The translations under genes were made by a program, and so were the position numbers. From Zancudomyces culisetae HAW-14-8 (taxonomy: Eukaryota > Fungi > Kickxellomycota): a stretch of 64,000 bases of DNA. The notes under the pieces were generated by a model, which was given only the letters and a program-made list of their open reading frames with translations, searched no databases and was not told the DNA's origin. Shown here piece by piece: positions 53,090 to 64,000 of this stretch; the stretch's first letter is position 1; each line of letters starts with the position of its first letter. The stretch covers positions 2,294,001 to 2,358,000 of the forward strand of contig JBNJNM010000006.1 of the NCBI GenBank assembly GCA_052426225.1, written 5' to 3'.

Positions 53090-53218
53090 CCAAGTGTTCG
53101 GGGGCTTAACACCCCTGTCTCTTGGTCAATGCTACTGCCCCTGGAGCTGTTTGATGAGGTGGGAGAATCTCTCCTAGATTCTTTCGCACCTGTACCAAAA
53201 AGATAGTTGATCATTATT
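53090..53218 (-). pseudogene. Disrupted paralogue (copy B) of the 54721-55167 orphan ORF
   Basis: Translates NNDQLSFGTGAKESRRDSPTSSNSSRGSSIDQETGVLSPRTLG, aligning with NNNWIGTGDDSRRESYTSTSMSRGSSMDQDAGVLSPRTLG. Confidence 0.8.
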
Positions 53219-53437
53219 TTTACTTTTAGTTTTGCTGCTGTTTAAAAATCTTTTTTTAGATAATTTTTTATTACTATTATGTATGGTAGGACATGGATGA
53301 TGGTTTCTTTTCCACCATGGATCCTTTAATTATAAACTATAAAATCATTTTGTTCTCCAAATAGACTATCAACATGATAAAGTATAACTAATAAATTAAT
53401 ATTTAGGTTTCATAATATAGATGTAGCATGAACATGT

Positions 53438-53848
53438 TGTCAAGATCTGGAGTCAAGAGAAAGTTAAATTATTATTATAATGTTTATTGTATGAATTTAT
53501 ACTAGATACTAGATACAGAATCCAAGACAGGTTAATTGTACCCTTTTTATACTTTTTTCCAGACTTGGTTTTTGAACAAAATTTCTAGAAAACTGCGGAA
53601 TTGCTAAAAATGAAAGCTAAAGAAAAACGTGTTTGATTACTAATCCAATTTGATTAGTAATCAAACAAAAATCTAATATGAATGCTAATAAAATTAAACA
53701 TGTGAAAATTATTACGTAAGAAAAATTAATAAATAATGTGAATTTTCGGTAATGTTCTAGAATGTTGGGGAACATTCTAAACATTACTGCGGAATAAAAT
53801 CAGATGATTCTAGAACGTTTTCGATCATTCTAGAATCAGTTCATGAAA
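53438..53848 (-). repeat. Probable solo LTR, inverted
   Basis: TGTCA...TGA(A)A termini flanked by CATGT on both sides; minus-strand AAAAGTATAAAAA TATA context resembles that of the 45272 LTR. Confidence 0.55.
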
Positions 53849-54720
53849 CATGTATTTGAACATTTCTCATACCACATTCATAATTATTGAATTGATCACT
53901 AAGATAAATTAGTTTCATGCTGAGTCCATTAATTATCATTTTCTTATTTTTTATAGAATGTCCACATTTAAATTCAAATATGTAAAAAAGGTAATGTATA
54001 TCATTGATTAATATGGATGAATAGTATTACATTTTCAACATCTCGTATAAATTTATATTATAATTATTTTTGTCAAACTCGATAATTATTATATTTAGAA
54101 TTTTGTTTTCTTTATATACTTTAGTCAACATAATGTAAATTAGAACTTTTACGATTACTTTAACTAAAAATAATAAAATAAACTTAATAATACTAATATT
54201 GACAAAATTGACAAAATTGTTCCTCCGTGTATCTGGCCTTAGTCACATTCTGGAAATCTTTATTCTCATGACGTGTTTGTAACTTTCACAGATTGACTAC
54301 TCCAACATTCACAGATTTTCAGTGGTAACATTTGCAGATTTCCTGATGTACTACGTGAATTTAAATTACCATCTACGATTTACTTCAATTTTGCTATAGT
54401 ATAAATCCGGTGATTTAAATTCACGACAACAAACATTTCATATAGAGGGCATGATAGATGATAACTAATGCGGATCAGTTTTTTTCACAATCGATGAAAA
54501 TAATTCATCTATTTTTTTCTAATGACTCATAGTGTCGCAATACAAACGTTTTTTAGTCAAATATTTTTTAATAGTAATTTATTGTTTTAGTATTATAGAA
54601 GATTAGTTTCAGTATCTTAGTTTAAATTATTTTTAGTTGGAAAGAAAATTAGTATAAAAAAAATGAAATATTTGACAAAATAGTGAAAGAGTTACAGATA
54701 ATATATGGTTAAAGATATAA

Positions 54721-55167
54721 TTACCGTATATTATAGTTTATAAAAATATCTAAAAGAAATATTATAGAACAATTATAGTAATTACTTAAATTATATAAAT
54801 AAAATCTATCACGTGTCGCATAATGTGAAGTATCACTACTTCCATTAGCGCTACCATCACGTGTCATACCGGTTCTGGTACGATCACTGATGGTTGATGC
54901 ACTTCTATTGCGTAATGCAATGTGCATCGAGGGGTGCTCGGGTGAGCTAATACCCCTGTACAGTGTCGGTGGAATTGTACTCACCGACATTTCTTCCGGG
55001 CTCCTACGGATCTGGAGTTGACGGACACTTTCTGTCAACTCACCAAGGGTGCGGGGACTTAATACCCCTGCATCTTGATCCATGCTGCTGCCCCTGCTCA
55101 TGCTGGTAGAAGTGTATGACTCCCTCCTGGAGTCATCCCCAGTTCCAATCCAGTTGTTGTTAAACAT
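54721..55167 (-). CDS. Orphan Ser/Arg/Thr-rich protein of unknown function (3' end may be eroded)
   Basis: GC-rich 148-aa ORF in an AT-rich context, ATG start, upstream TATATATA near 55310; the paralogue at 53090-53218 differs largely at synonymous positions. Confidence 0.6.
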   Translation of the reverse strand: MFNNNWIGTGDDSRRESYTSTSMSRGSSMDQDAGVLSPRTLGELTESVRQLQIRRSPEEMSVSTIPPTLYRGISSPEHPSMHIALRNRSASTISDRTRTGMTRDGSANGSSDTSHYATRDRFYLYNLSNYYNCSIIFLLDIFINYNIR

Positions 55168-56805
55168 TGTAATTTAAAGAGTTAATTTTGGTTTTTATAA
55201 TATAAATTTATTTAATTATATTTTCTTTATTCCGTATCGAGACATGGATGAGGTTTTCATGTGTCATCCATACGTCTCCTTAAATATATTATTCAAATTT
55301 TAAACCACTATATATAAACTATATACTAAAATATGACTATTGTTATAATATTATTAATAATTTGTTTGCTATTAATAATAAATGTAAAATGCATGGGATC
55401 ATTTTACATTTTACATTCATCATTATTGAACTATCTCAGTATGAAAAATTGATTGCATACTGAGCTCAAAATTATTTGTATTTATTTAAAAAAAGTAAAC
55501 AAAAAATGAATTTGCATTTTCGCACTGAGTGTACCATTTTCAGGCACATTCACGTGCTATTGTACAAATTGTTAAAAATGCGACATTGTCGTATGAAGAT
55601 ACGATTTTATATAATTAGCTTTATTTATTCATTAGGTTTTTAGTTAATAGTTTTGAGATTGGACCTTTTTTCCCCCTGTGGTTTTTGTCCAATAGTTTAG
55701 TTAGTTATTTACATAATATTTCCTCATTAATTATATTATTATCTGGGGGTTAAAGCAACCGCCCACTTTGAATTAAATAAAAACACATCTTAACAAAATA
55801 TTAAGTTAAACATATATAGTATTAAAAAGAACAATAATACTAAAATAATATACTTAGTAATAAACATATAATACAATAAGAATATTAAATAATCATAGAA
55901 TTGTGAAATTCTATAACAACTGTCGCATCAAAGATCGACAGATGGGCGTCTCACTCGGGTTATAGCGAGTGAGATGTGATGATTTACCTAGTGCTTTTCA
56001 CCTATGAGGTTTTTCACTATGCGTAAATCATCATTTCCCAAATATTAATTAATTTCGGATGGTTTTTATATTATTCAGTATTTTAATATATTAGTATATA
56101 CGAGGAAAATGCATTTAAGCACTGCTTTTTCTCTTCTATGTTTTTAGCATCTTATTTTTGGATTAGTATTTAGTATACACTTTATTATAATAAAACAATA
56201 TTAACAAAAGAACTAAGGTCCTACCGCTTACTGGTAGTAAATAAACATAATACTAGTGAAAGCAGTAAAGTCGGATAAGACCGACAAATGCAAAATAAAT
56301 TCCAACACAACATGTTGTAAATATTTTTATGTTTATATTTATTTTATATTTTTATTTATAAGTTATTTATATTAAAGATAGATTTAAAGATTAATAAAGT
56401 TGTTAATAAAATTAATGTTGTTGTTATCATGATGTCTTTCACTTTTGTCAAAAATCTAGGGTTTATATAGTTTTATTTCTCCTTGATTCACATTCTCGTT
56501 TGTATCAGGTTTTGGAGTTTTTCTGACAAGTTTCACTAAATATTGTGTTTCTTATCTTCTTCCCCTTGTTTTATCTTGTTTTAACTACTCCTGATTAACA
56601 TCTCATATCTTTTCCCCGTTTTTCACTAACGAGGTACATTGTAATTTATCATTAAGATAAATTACATTGATTTATTCTGAAACATAAAAGTGCGATGATA
56701 ATAATAGACGGTAATAATACTAATAAAAATAATCAAATGTATGGGGAAAAACCCAGTGGGAAAAAATGTCCATACCTATACTATAAAAACTAATACGACA
56801 AACGT

Positions 56806-59800
56806 TGTCGTATAAATTTTTGTAATTAGTAATTTTAGAATATAACAGCACGACGAAACTGTATACTCTTATTAAAGTAGGTTCAGGACTTAAATGTAGT
56901 TGTTTTATAATCTTTATTAGTATAATAACGTTACTGAATTAGGAAAAGTCGAACGAGGAACTCCATAGAGTCCTGTTCGTCGCTATATATAAGAGTTTGA
57001 TAATTATTAAATAAAATAGATAATAAACTAAGTAATTAATGTTAAAACGTTTATGCAATTGATGTACAAGCACTTTGGTTAACAAAGAGTTATAACCTGC
57101 TCGGTACACAATTGCACCAACGTTTTACCCCATTGGCGGTGTAGACTGTCGTTTTTTCATACGACAACCCCCCCTTTAAGGCTCGATCGTCCCGGTTGAG
57201 CGTCGTAATTCCCTCCGATCTTGAAGAGTAGATCTTAAGCTTGTATCACTAACTACGGGTATCTCATTTGGTTTGTTATAATATTTCAGCCTGTCACCAT
57301 TTACGATATCGTAGTTGCTACTTGAGTCAGATATCAGGTATGTGCCATTTCCCGTGTTTCTCACTATATAATAAGGACCATTCCATTTTTCTTCGAATTT
57401 GGATGATGGTGTTTCATTTACTTTTCAGACTAATTCACCATTGTTGAATGTTACCGGTGTCACTTTCGCATTATACCTACGTTTCTCATATTCCTTGTTT
57501 AAAGTAATTTTATCTACTGCTAACTTCCTTATTAATGGTATATCGTTTTCAGTATATAGTATTCTCTCTTTTATAGATTCCTCAATATCCACGTTCGTAT
57601 CTAAATTATTAAAAGATAATGGTGTAGTTATGTTAGTTCCGTATAATAATTCGGCTGGGGTCTTTTTTGTTATCCTATTTTTTGTAGTTCTCATAGTTAG
57701 TAACAATTTCCACACATATTTGTCCCACTCTTTTTTATTCTGTTGGCAGATGGCAGTTAATATGTTCTTTAATATTTGATTCGTTCTTTCGACCTGTCCA
57801 TTAGATCTTGGTCTGTATGAAGTTGTTGGTGAATGGTTAATTCCCATAAATTTGTAGAAGTTCAAAATGGCATCACTCAAAAAATTAGCGCCTCTATCCG
57901 TTATTAACTTACTCGGCACGCCAAAATCTTTTACAACATCGTAAACTAAAAAGTTTATTACAGTATCTGAAGTTATGTCTTTCACGGCTTTGCATATTGG
58001 CCATTTCGTCAGATAATCGATTGCCGTCAATAAATATCGATTTCCTTGGTTAGAAGTTGGATTGATTGGACCAACTGCATCTAGACCAATAATTTCAAAT
58101 GGTTTTTTCGCAATAATTGGGTTAAATTCATTGTTTAATTTTGGAGATCCTTTATTTCTTTGACAAATATCACAGAAATTTACAACATGTTTGGTTAGCG
58201 CAAATAGATTTTCCCCTGTATATTTAGTTTTAACTAAACTCCATGTATTGTTTATTCCTAAGTGATTTTCATTGTGCAATTCAATTAACTTTTCTTTAGC
58301 CTCCAGCTCATTCAAAACTTCTCGTTTTCCAAATTTTTTCGAATAAGCAAATAATTTGTCTCCTTCTAAATTATGTTTTAATGACCATTTTCTAATTTTT
58401 TCTCTCCATTCACTATTTGCATTACTTGGGTAACTTCCATTAAATAAATAATTTTTTATAGAATTGAATTTCAAAATATCCATTGTAAATAACGATTTAG
58501 ATATTTCCCCTTCATCTAAGTGAAGTGTGTTCGCTGCACCAGTAATAATATCTTTTGTCTGTTGAGAGTCATTATTGAAGTAGTTAGCCGAAATCGGTAT
58601 TACTCTAGATAACAGGTCGGCCGGATTAAGTCTACCTGCCCGGTGTTCGAGTGTGTAATCGTATTCTCGAAGAAGAATTGCCCATCTTGCCAATCGCCCT
58701 GTTGCCTCTTTCGAATCGAATAACCTGATCAGTGCCGAGTGATCGGTTACTAGTGTAAACTTCCTACCCCAAACATAGTTTCGGAACTGATTTACTGCAA
58801 ATATAACTGCTAATCCCTCGAGGTGAGTTATTGAATAGTTTTTTTCTGATTTTTTTAATCCTCTACTTACAAATGAAATAGGTTTTTCTTTATCTTGTTG
58901 AACTTGACTCAATATCGCACCTACACCATTGTGTGATGCATCTGTAGTTATGATGAATGGCAGATCCCAATTTGGATGTGCTAATACTGGAGCTGTAGTC
59001 AACTTTTTCTTCATTGTTTCAAATGCCTTCTGGCATTCATGTTTCCAACCCCAAGGTATATCTTTTCTTAATAAATCATATAATGGTTTTATAATGCTTG
59101 AATAATTATTTATAAATTTTCTGTAATAATTTGACATACCCAAAAAGCTTTGTAGTGCTTTAATGTTTGTTGGACTTGGTAATTCACTGATTGCTTTTAT
59201 CTTTTTAGGATTCGTTTCCAACCCTTCTTTTGAAACTATGTACCCTAAATATTCCAACCGTTCTTGTGCGAAACTGCACTTATTAATGTTTAACTTTAAG
59301 TTATGATCTTTTAAAAGTTGAAATACCGTTTCTAGGTCTTTGATGTGACTTTCGATATCTCGTGAAAATATAATGATATCATCCACGAATACAACCGCGG
59401 TTTTCCATAATATAGGCCTTAAAACCCTCTCCATTAATCTCTGGAAGGTTGGTGGACTGTTACAAAGCCCGAAGGGCATCACATTGTAACAATACAACCC
59501 TTCTCCCGGAATTGTAAATGCTGTTTTGTGTTTGTCTGTTACTTTTAACTTTACTTGCCAAAAACCTGATAAGGCGTCTAAGGTAGTAAAAATTGCAGAC
59601 CCAGCCAAAGCTTCAAATATATCAGATATGATAGGTAAAGGATAATTATCTTTTTTTGTAACCTGATTTAATTTTCTATAATCTGAACAGATTCTAAGAC
59701 TACCATTTTTTTTCCAAACGGTAACCACAGGTGCGCACCAATCCGATACACATGGTTCAATAATACCCTTTTCCTTCATAACATTAATTTCTTCTCTAAC

Positions 59801-62257
59801 TAACTCTTTCATAGCTTGGGGAATTCGGTACGGCCTCAACTTTATTGGTTTTGCATCGCCTGTGTCAATGCTATGCTCAACAGTTTCGGTTGCAGTGAGT
59901 TGTTTATAATCTTGAGCAAATATCTCTTTAAATATTTCTAACAGATCATTTATCTTTGGGTGTATACTGTTATTTAAATCGTTCACTTTAATTTCCTCCT
60001 TACCAATTCCAAAAATTTCCACGCCGTTAGTTTCATAGGTTTCATTTTCATTATTTTCCGACTTGTTTTGCAGTGGTAACATGACTCGATCGTTATTTTT
60101 AATTAATGTTAAGATATTAGTACTTAAATTCAATTGTGCATTAAATTTAGTTAACCAGTCCATCCCCAGTATGAGTACCTTGTTGGGTAAGTGCATTACA
60201 AGTGCTTCAGTTTCAAATATGATGTTTCCTAAGCTAATAGGTAAATTTTTAATTTTTCCTGCCGTTTTGTGTTTACTACCATCCGCTGTTATAATGTATT
60301 CCATAGGGTTAGAGTCTGTTTGGATGTTTAATTGTTTTGCGGTTTCTGTTGATAAAACACTACAAGCAGCACCCGTATCGATTATTGCGGGTATTGTTTT
60401 CCCAAATATATTGACGCTAGTCTTGCAATTTGTTGATTTGCGATTAATTAAGGTGTTTAAGGTTTTTCCTTGTAAATATTTATTATTAAGCATATTTAAT
60501 TGTGATTGAACTATTGGAGCAATATCAATCAACTGTGGAATACTAATTGACGCTTTAACTCTTGACAGATCTTCCAGTAATGAGTAAGGCTTTAAGTAAT
60601 TATTTTCTGCTTTACTGGCTACGGCTACTTGTTCCGTATTCTTATTTGCTTGTAATCTTTGAGTTTCCTGTCTAGTATGTATAGAAGAATTACTTTTTTC
60701 TCGAGTTGGTTCTTCGTTCTGATTAATTCTTTTTCGGGTTGACTCAACCTCGTCATTTCCCAGGTTAGTAACGCTCTTGAATTTTCTTTTATCAGCTATA
60801 TAAACCTCGTTCTCATTATCTGTACCTGAGTATTCAGTAAAACTGCTAAAAACTTCACTATAGACATCCTTGTCTGTATTGGTTGTGTCGTAGGATTCTA
60901 CTTCCAAACAGTTGACTGCCTTTTCTACAGTAGATGATCGTTGCAATTCATTTGAATTTCCTTCCTGAGTCGACTCTGCTTTAGGATGTCCAGTATGTTC
61001 CCATTTATTGCCTTGTTGTTTATTCTCATATGGTTTATTTCTAGAATTGTATTGTGTTCTAGTACCTTTATTTTCTCGCCTATCCATTTGATTATATGAT
61101 TGTGTACCTCTAGGTCTGGGTTCACTGATTTCTTTCAGTATTACTGTGCTTATCTGATCAAACTTTTCAATAAGCGTTTCAATATCAGCTTTTCTCTTAG
61201 GGGTTTCGACTGCGATTTGATTCTCATTGTTAAAGCATAGTTTATCCATAGTTTCTTCTTCAATAAGTAAGTTAACTGCTTCTTCATATAGTTTAACTTT
61301 GCTTTTTAATATAAGTTTTCTGTGCTCAGGTGCCACAGCTTTCATCAAGTATTTTATTTTTTCTTTGTCTTCTTTGATGTTTGCACGCCTAGCTGTAATA
61401 TCGATTCGTATTGATAGTGCTTCAATATCCTCTCCCTCTCTTTGGCGTATCTCTTGCATCTCATTCCAAGCCCTGTATTCTTCTTCTTCTCCTGCAAACT
61501 TTTCTTTAAACTTTTTCTTTGTCTCTTCCCAAGATGTAAAAGTAGGGTACATACGATCGTACCAGGTTCTAGCTTTTCCAACTACGTACTTTTCCAGTTT
61601 CTCAATTCTGTTAGCCTCACTCCATCCATTGTTTTCGGATGCCAGTTCATATCTTTTTAGCCATTTCTTTGGCTCTAGCTCCTCCATTGGGTTAAACTTT
61701 TCAGGTTCCATAATCGTTCTGTTCATATTACAGAGCTGCTGTAATATCATGTTTTCAAAGTTGGTTTTATCTTCAATTTTAGTCATTTTAGACTTGTTTT
61801 TTACCTCTGGTAATGTCATTATATAAAGTAAAGATTTTGAAATTATTAATTTAATTCTAAACTAATACTAAGTGTCCTGGCTGGATCACCATATTCTGTC
61901 GTATAAATTTTTGTAATTAGTAATTTTAGAATATAACAGCACGACGAAACTGTATACTCTTATTAAAGTAGGTTCAGGACTTAAATGTAGTTGTTTTATA
62001 ATCTTTATTAGTATAATAACGTTACTGAATTAGGAAAAGTCGAACGAGGAACTCCATAGAGTCCTGTTCGTCGCTATATATAAGAGTTTGATAATTATTA
62101 AATAAAATAGATAATAAACTAAGTAATTAATGTTAAAACGTTTATGCAATTGATGTACAAGCACTTTGGTTAACAAAGAGTTATAACCTGCTCGGTACAC
62201 AATTGCACCAACGTTTTACCCCATTGGCGGTGTAGACTGTCGTTTTTTCATACGACA
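56806..62257 (-). mobile_element. Ty3/Gypsy element D, copy 1 (single gag-pol ORF, tRNA-primed, 361-bp LTRs, no chromodomain)
   Basis: LTRs 56806-57166 and 61897-62257 (TGTCGTA...TACGACA), PPT AAAGGGGGGG, ORF 57425-61819 with gag, PR (IDTGA), RT (VFVDDII), RNase H (TDAS), IN (GLDAVGP, TDRG, GQVER); the GPY tail continues in frame past a TGA. Confidence 0.96.
61875..61891 (-). promoter_or_regulatory. Primer-binding site of element D, probably tRNA-Arg(ACG)
   Basis: TGGTGATCCAGCCAGGA, 5 nt inside the LTR, is complementary to a tRNA 3' end ..TCCTGGCTGGATCACCA that resembles eukaryotic tRNA-Arg(ACG) ends as recalled from memory; the isotype is tentative. Confidence 0.65.
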
Positions 62258-64000
62258 ACCCCCCCTTTAAGGCTCGATCGTCCCGGTTGAGCGTCGTAAT
62301 TCCCTCCGATCTTGAAGAGTAGATCTTAAGCTTGTATCACTAACTACGGGTATCTCATTTGGTTTGTTATAATATTTCAGCCTGTCACCATTTACGATAT
62401 CGTAGTTGCTACTTGAGTCAGATATCAGGTATGTGCCATTTCCCGTGTTTCTCACTATATAATAAGGACCATTCCATTTTTCTTCGAATTTGGATGATGG
62501 TGTTTCATTTACTTTTCAGACTAATTCACCATTGTTGAATGTTACCGGTGTCACTTTCGCATTATACCTACGTTTCTCATATTCCTTGTTTAAAGTAATT
62601 TTATCTACTGCTAACTTCCTTATTAATGGTATATCGTTTTCAGTATATAGTATTCTCTCTTTTATAGATTCCTCAATATCCACGTTCGTATCTAAATTAT
62701 TAAAAGATAATGGTGTAGTTATGTTAGTTCCGTATAATAATTCGGCTGGGGTCTTTTTTGTTATCCTATTTTTTGTAGTTCTCATAGTTAGTAACAATTT
62801 CCACACATATTTGTCCCACTCTTTTTTATTCTGTTGGCAGATGGCAGTTAATATGTTCTTTAATATTTGATTCGTTCTTTCGACCTGTCCATTAGATCTT
62901 GGTCTGTATGAAGTTGTTGGTGAATGGTTAATTCCCATAAATTTGTAGAAGTTCAAAATGGCATCACTCAAAAAATTAGCGCCTCTATCCGTTATTAACT
63001 TACTCGGCACGCCAAAATCTTTTACAACATCGTAAACTAAAAAGTTTATTACAGTATCTGAAGTTATGTCTTTCACGGCTTTGCATATTGGCCATTTCGT
63101 CAGATAATCGATTGCCGTCAATAAATATCGATTTCCTTGGTTAGAAGTTGGATTGATTGGACCAACTGCATCTAGACCAATAATTTCAAATGGTTTTTTC
63201 GCAATAATTGGGTTAAATTCATTGTTTAATTTTGGAGATCCTTTATTTCTTTGACAAATATCACAGAAATTTACAACATGTTTGGTTAGCGCAAATAGAT
63301 TTTCCCCTGTATATTTAGTTTTAACTAAACTCCATGTATTGTTTATTCCTAAGTGATTTTCATTGTGCAATTCAATTAACTTTTCTTTAGCCTCCAGCTC
63401 ATTCAAAACTTCTCGTTTTCCAAATTTTTTCGAATAAGCAAATAATTTGTCTCCTTCTAAATTATGTTTTAATGACCATTTTCTAATTTTTTCTCTCCAT
63501 TCACTATTTGCATTACTTGGGTAACTTCCATTAAATAAATAATTTTTTATAGAATTGAATTTCAAAATATCCATTGTAAATAACGATTTAGATATTTCCC
63601 CTTCATCTAAGTGAAGTGTGTTCGCTGCACCAGTAATAATATCTTTTGTCTGTTGAGAGTCATTATTGAAGTAGTTAGCCGAAATCGGTATTACTCTAGA
63701 TAACAGGTCGGCCGGATTAAGTCTACCTGCCCGGTGTTCGAGTGTGTAATCGTATTCTCGAAGAAGAATTGCCCATCTTGCCAATCGCCCTGTTGCCTCT
63801 TTCGAATCGAATAACCTGATCAGTGCCGAGTGATCGGTTACTAGTGTAAACTTCCTACCCCAAACATAGTTTCGGAACTGATTTACTGCAAATATAACTG
63901 CTAATCCCTCGAGGTGAGTTATTGAATAGTTTTTTTCTGATTTTTTTAATCCTCTACTTACAAATGAAATAGGTTTTTCTTTATCTTGTTGAACTTGACT
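61897..64000 (-). mobile_element. Element D copy 2 (tandem, shares the 61897-62257 LTR; runs off the window)
   Basis: Sequence repeats copy 1 at an offset of 5091 bp; the ORF translations are identical. Confidence 0.95.

Overview
Eukaryotic, AT-rich fungal DNA with short GT-AG introns; gene content suggests an early-diverging fungus (Zoopagomycota/Harpellales-like is an inference only). The window has two sharply separated halves. Bases 1-26.8 kb are gene-dense: FAM72 3' end, QCR9, a group III G-alpha, an I78-type inhibitor-like ORF, UBX4/TUG, FCF2, YJU2, TPA1/OFD1, BRR6/BRL1, a secreted intronless GH19 chitinase and KRI1. From about 26.9 kb to the end there are no recognisable host genes, only very AT-rich nested Ty3/Gypsy material: two chromodomain-bearing Tf1/sushi-type elements, a 777-bp non-autonomous TRIM with a 5-bp TSD, many solo LTRs, a DIRS-type tyrosine recombinase relic and a head-to-tail tandem of a tRNA-primed Ty3-like element. 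The most interesting observations are: (i) a self-priming TRIM with a highly structured internal region and a candidate autonomous partner nearby; (ii) a recurring U3|R hairpin that duplicates the self-priming PBS in unrelated LTRs; (iii) a duplicated orphan Ser/Arg-rich ORF, conserved at protein level and embedded in a hairpin-dense region of the TE block. All calls were made by eye, without database searches.
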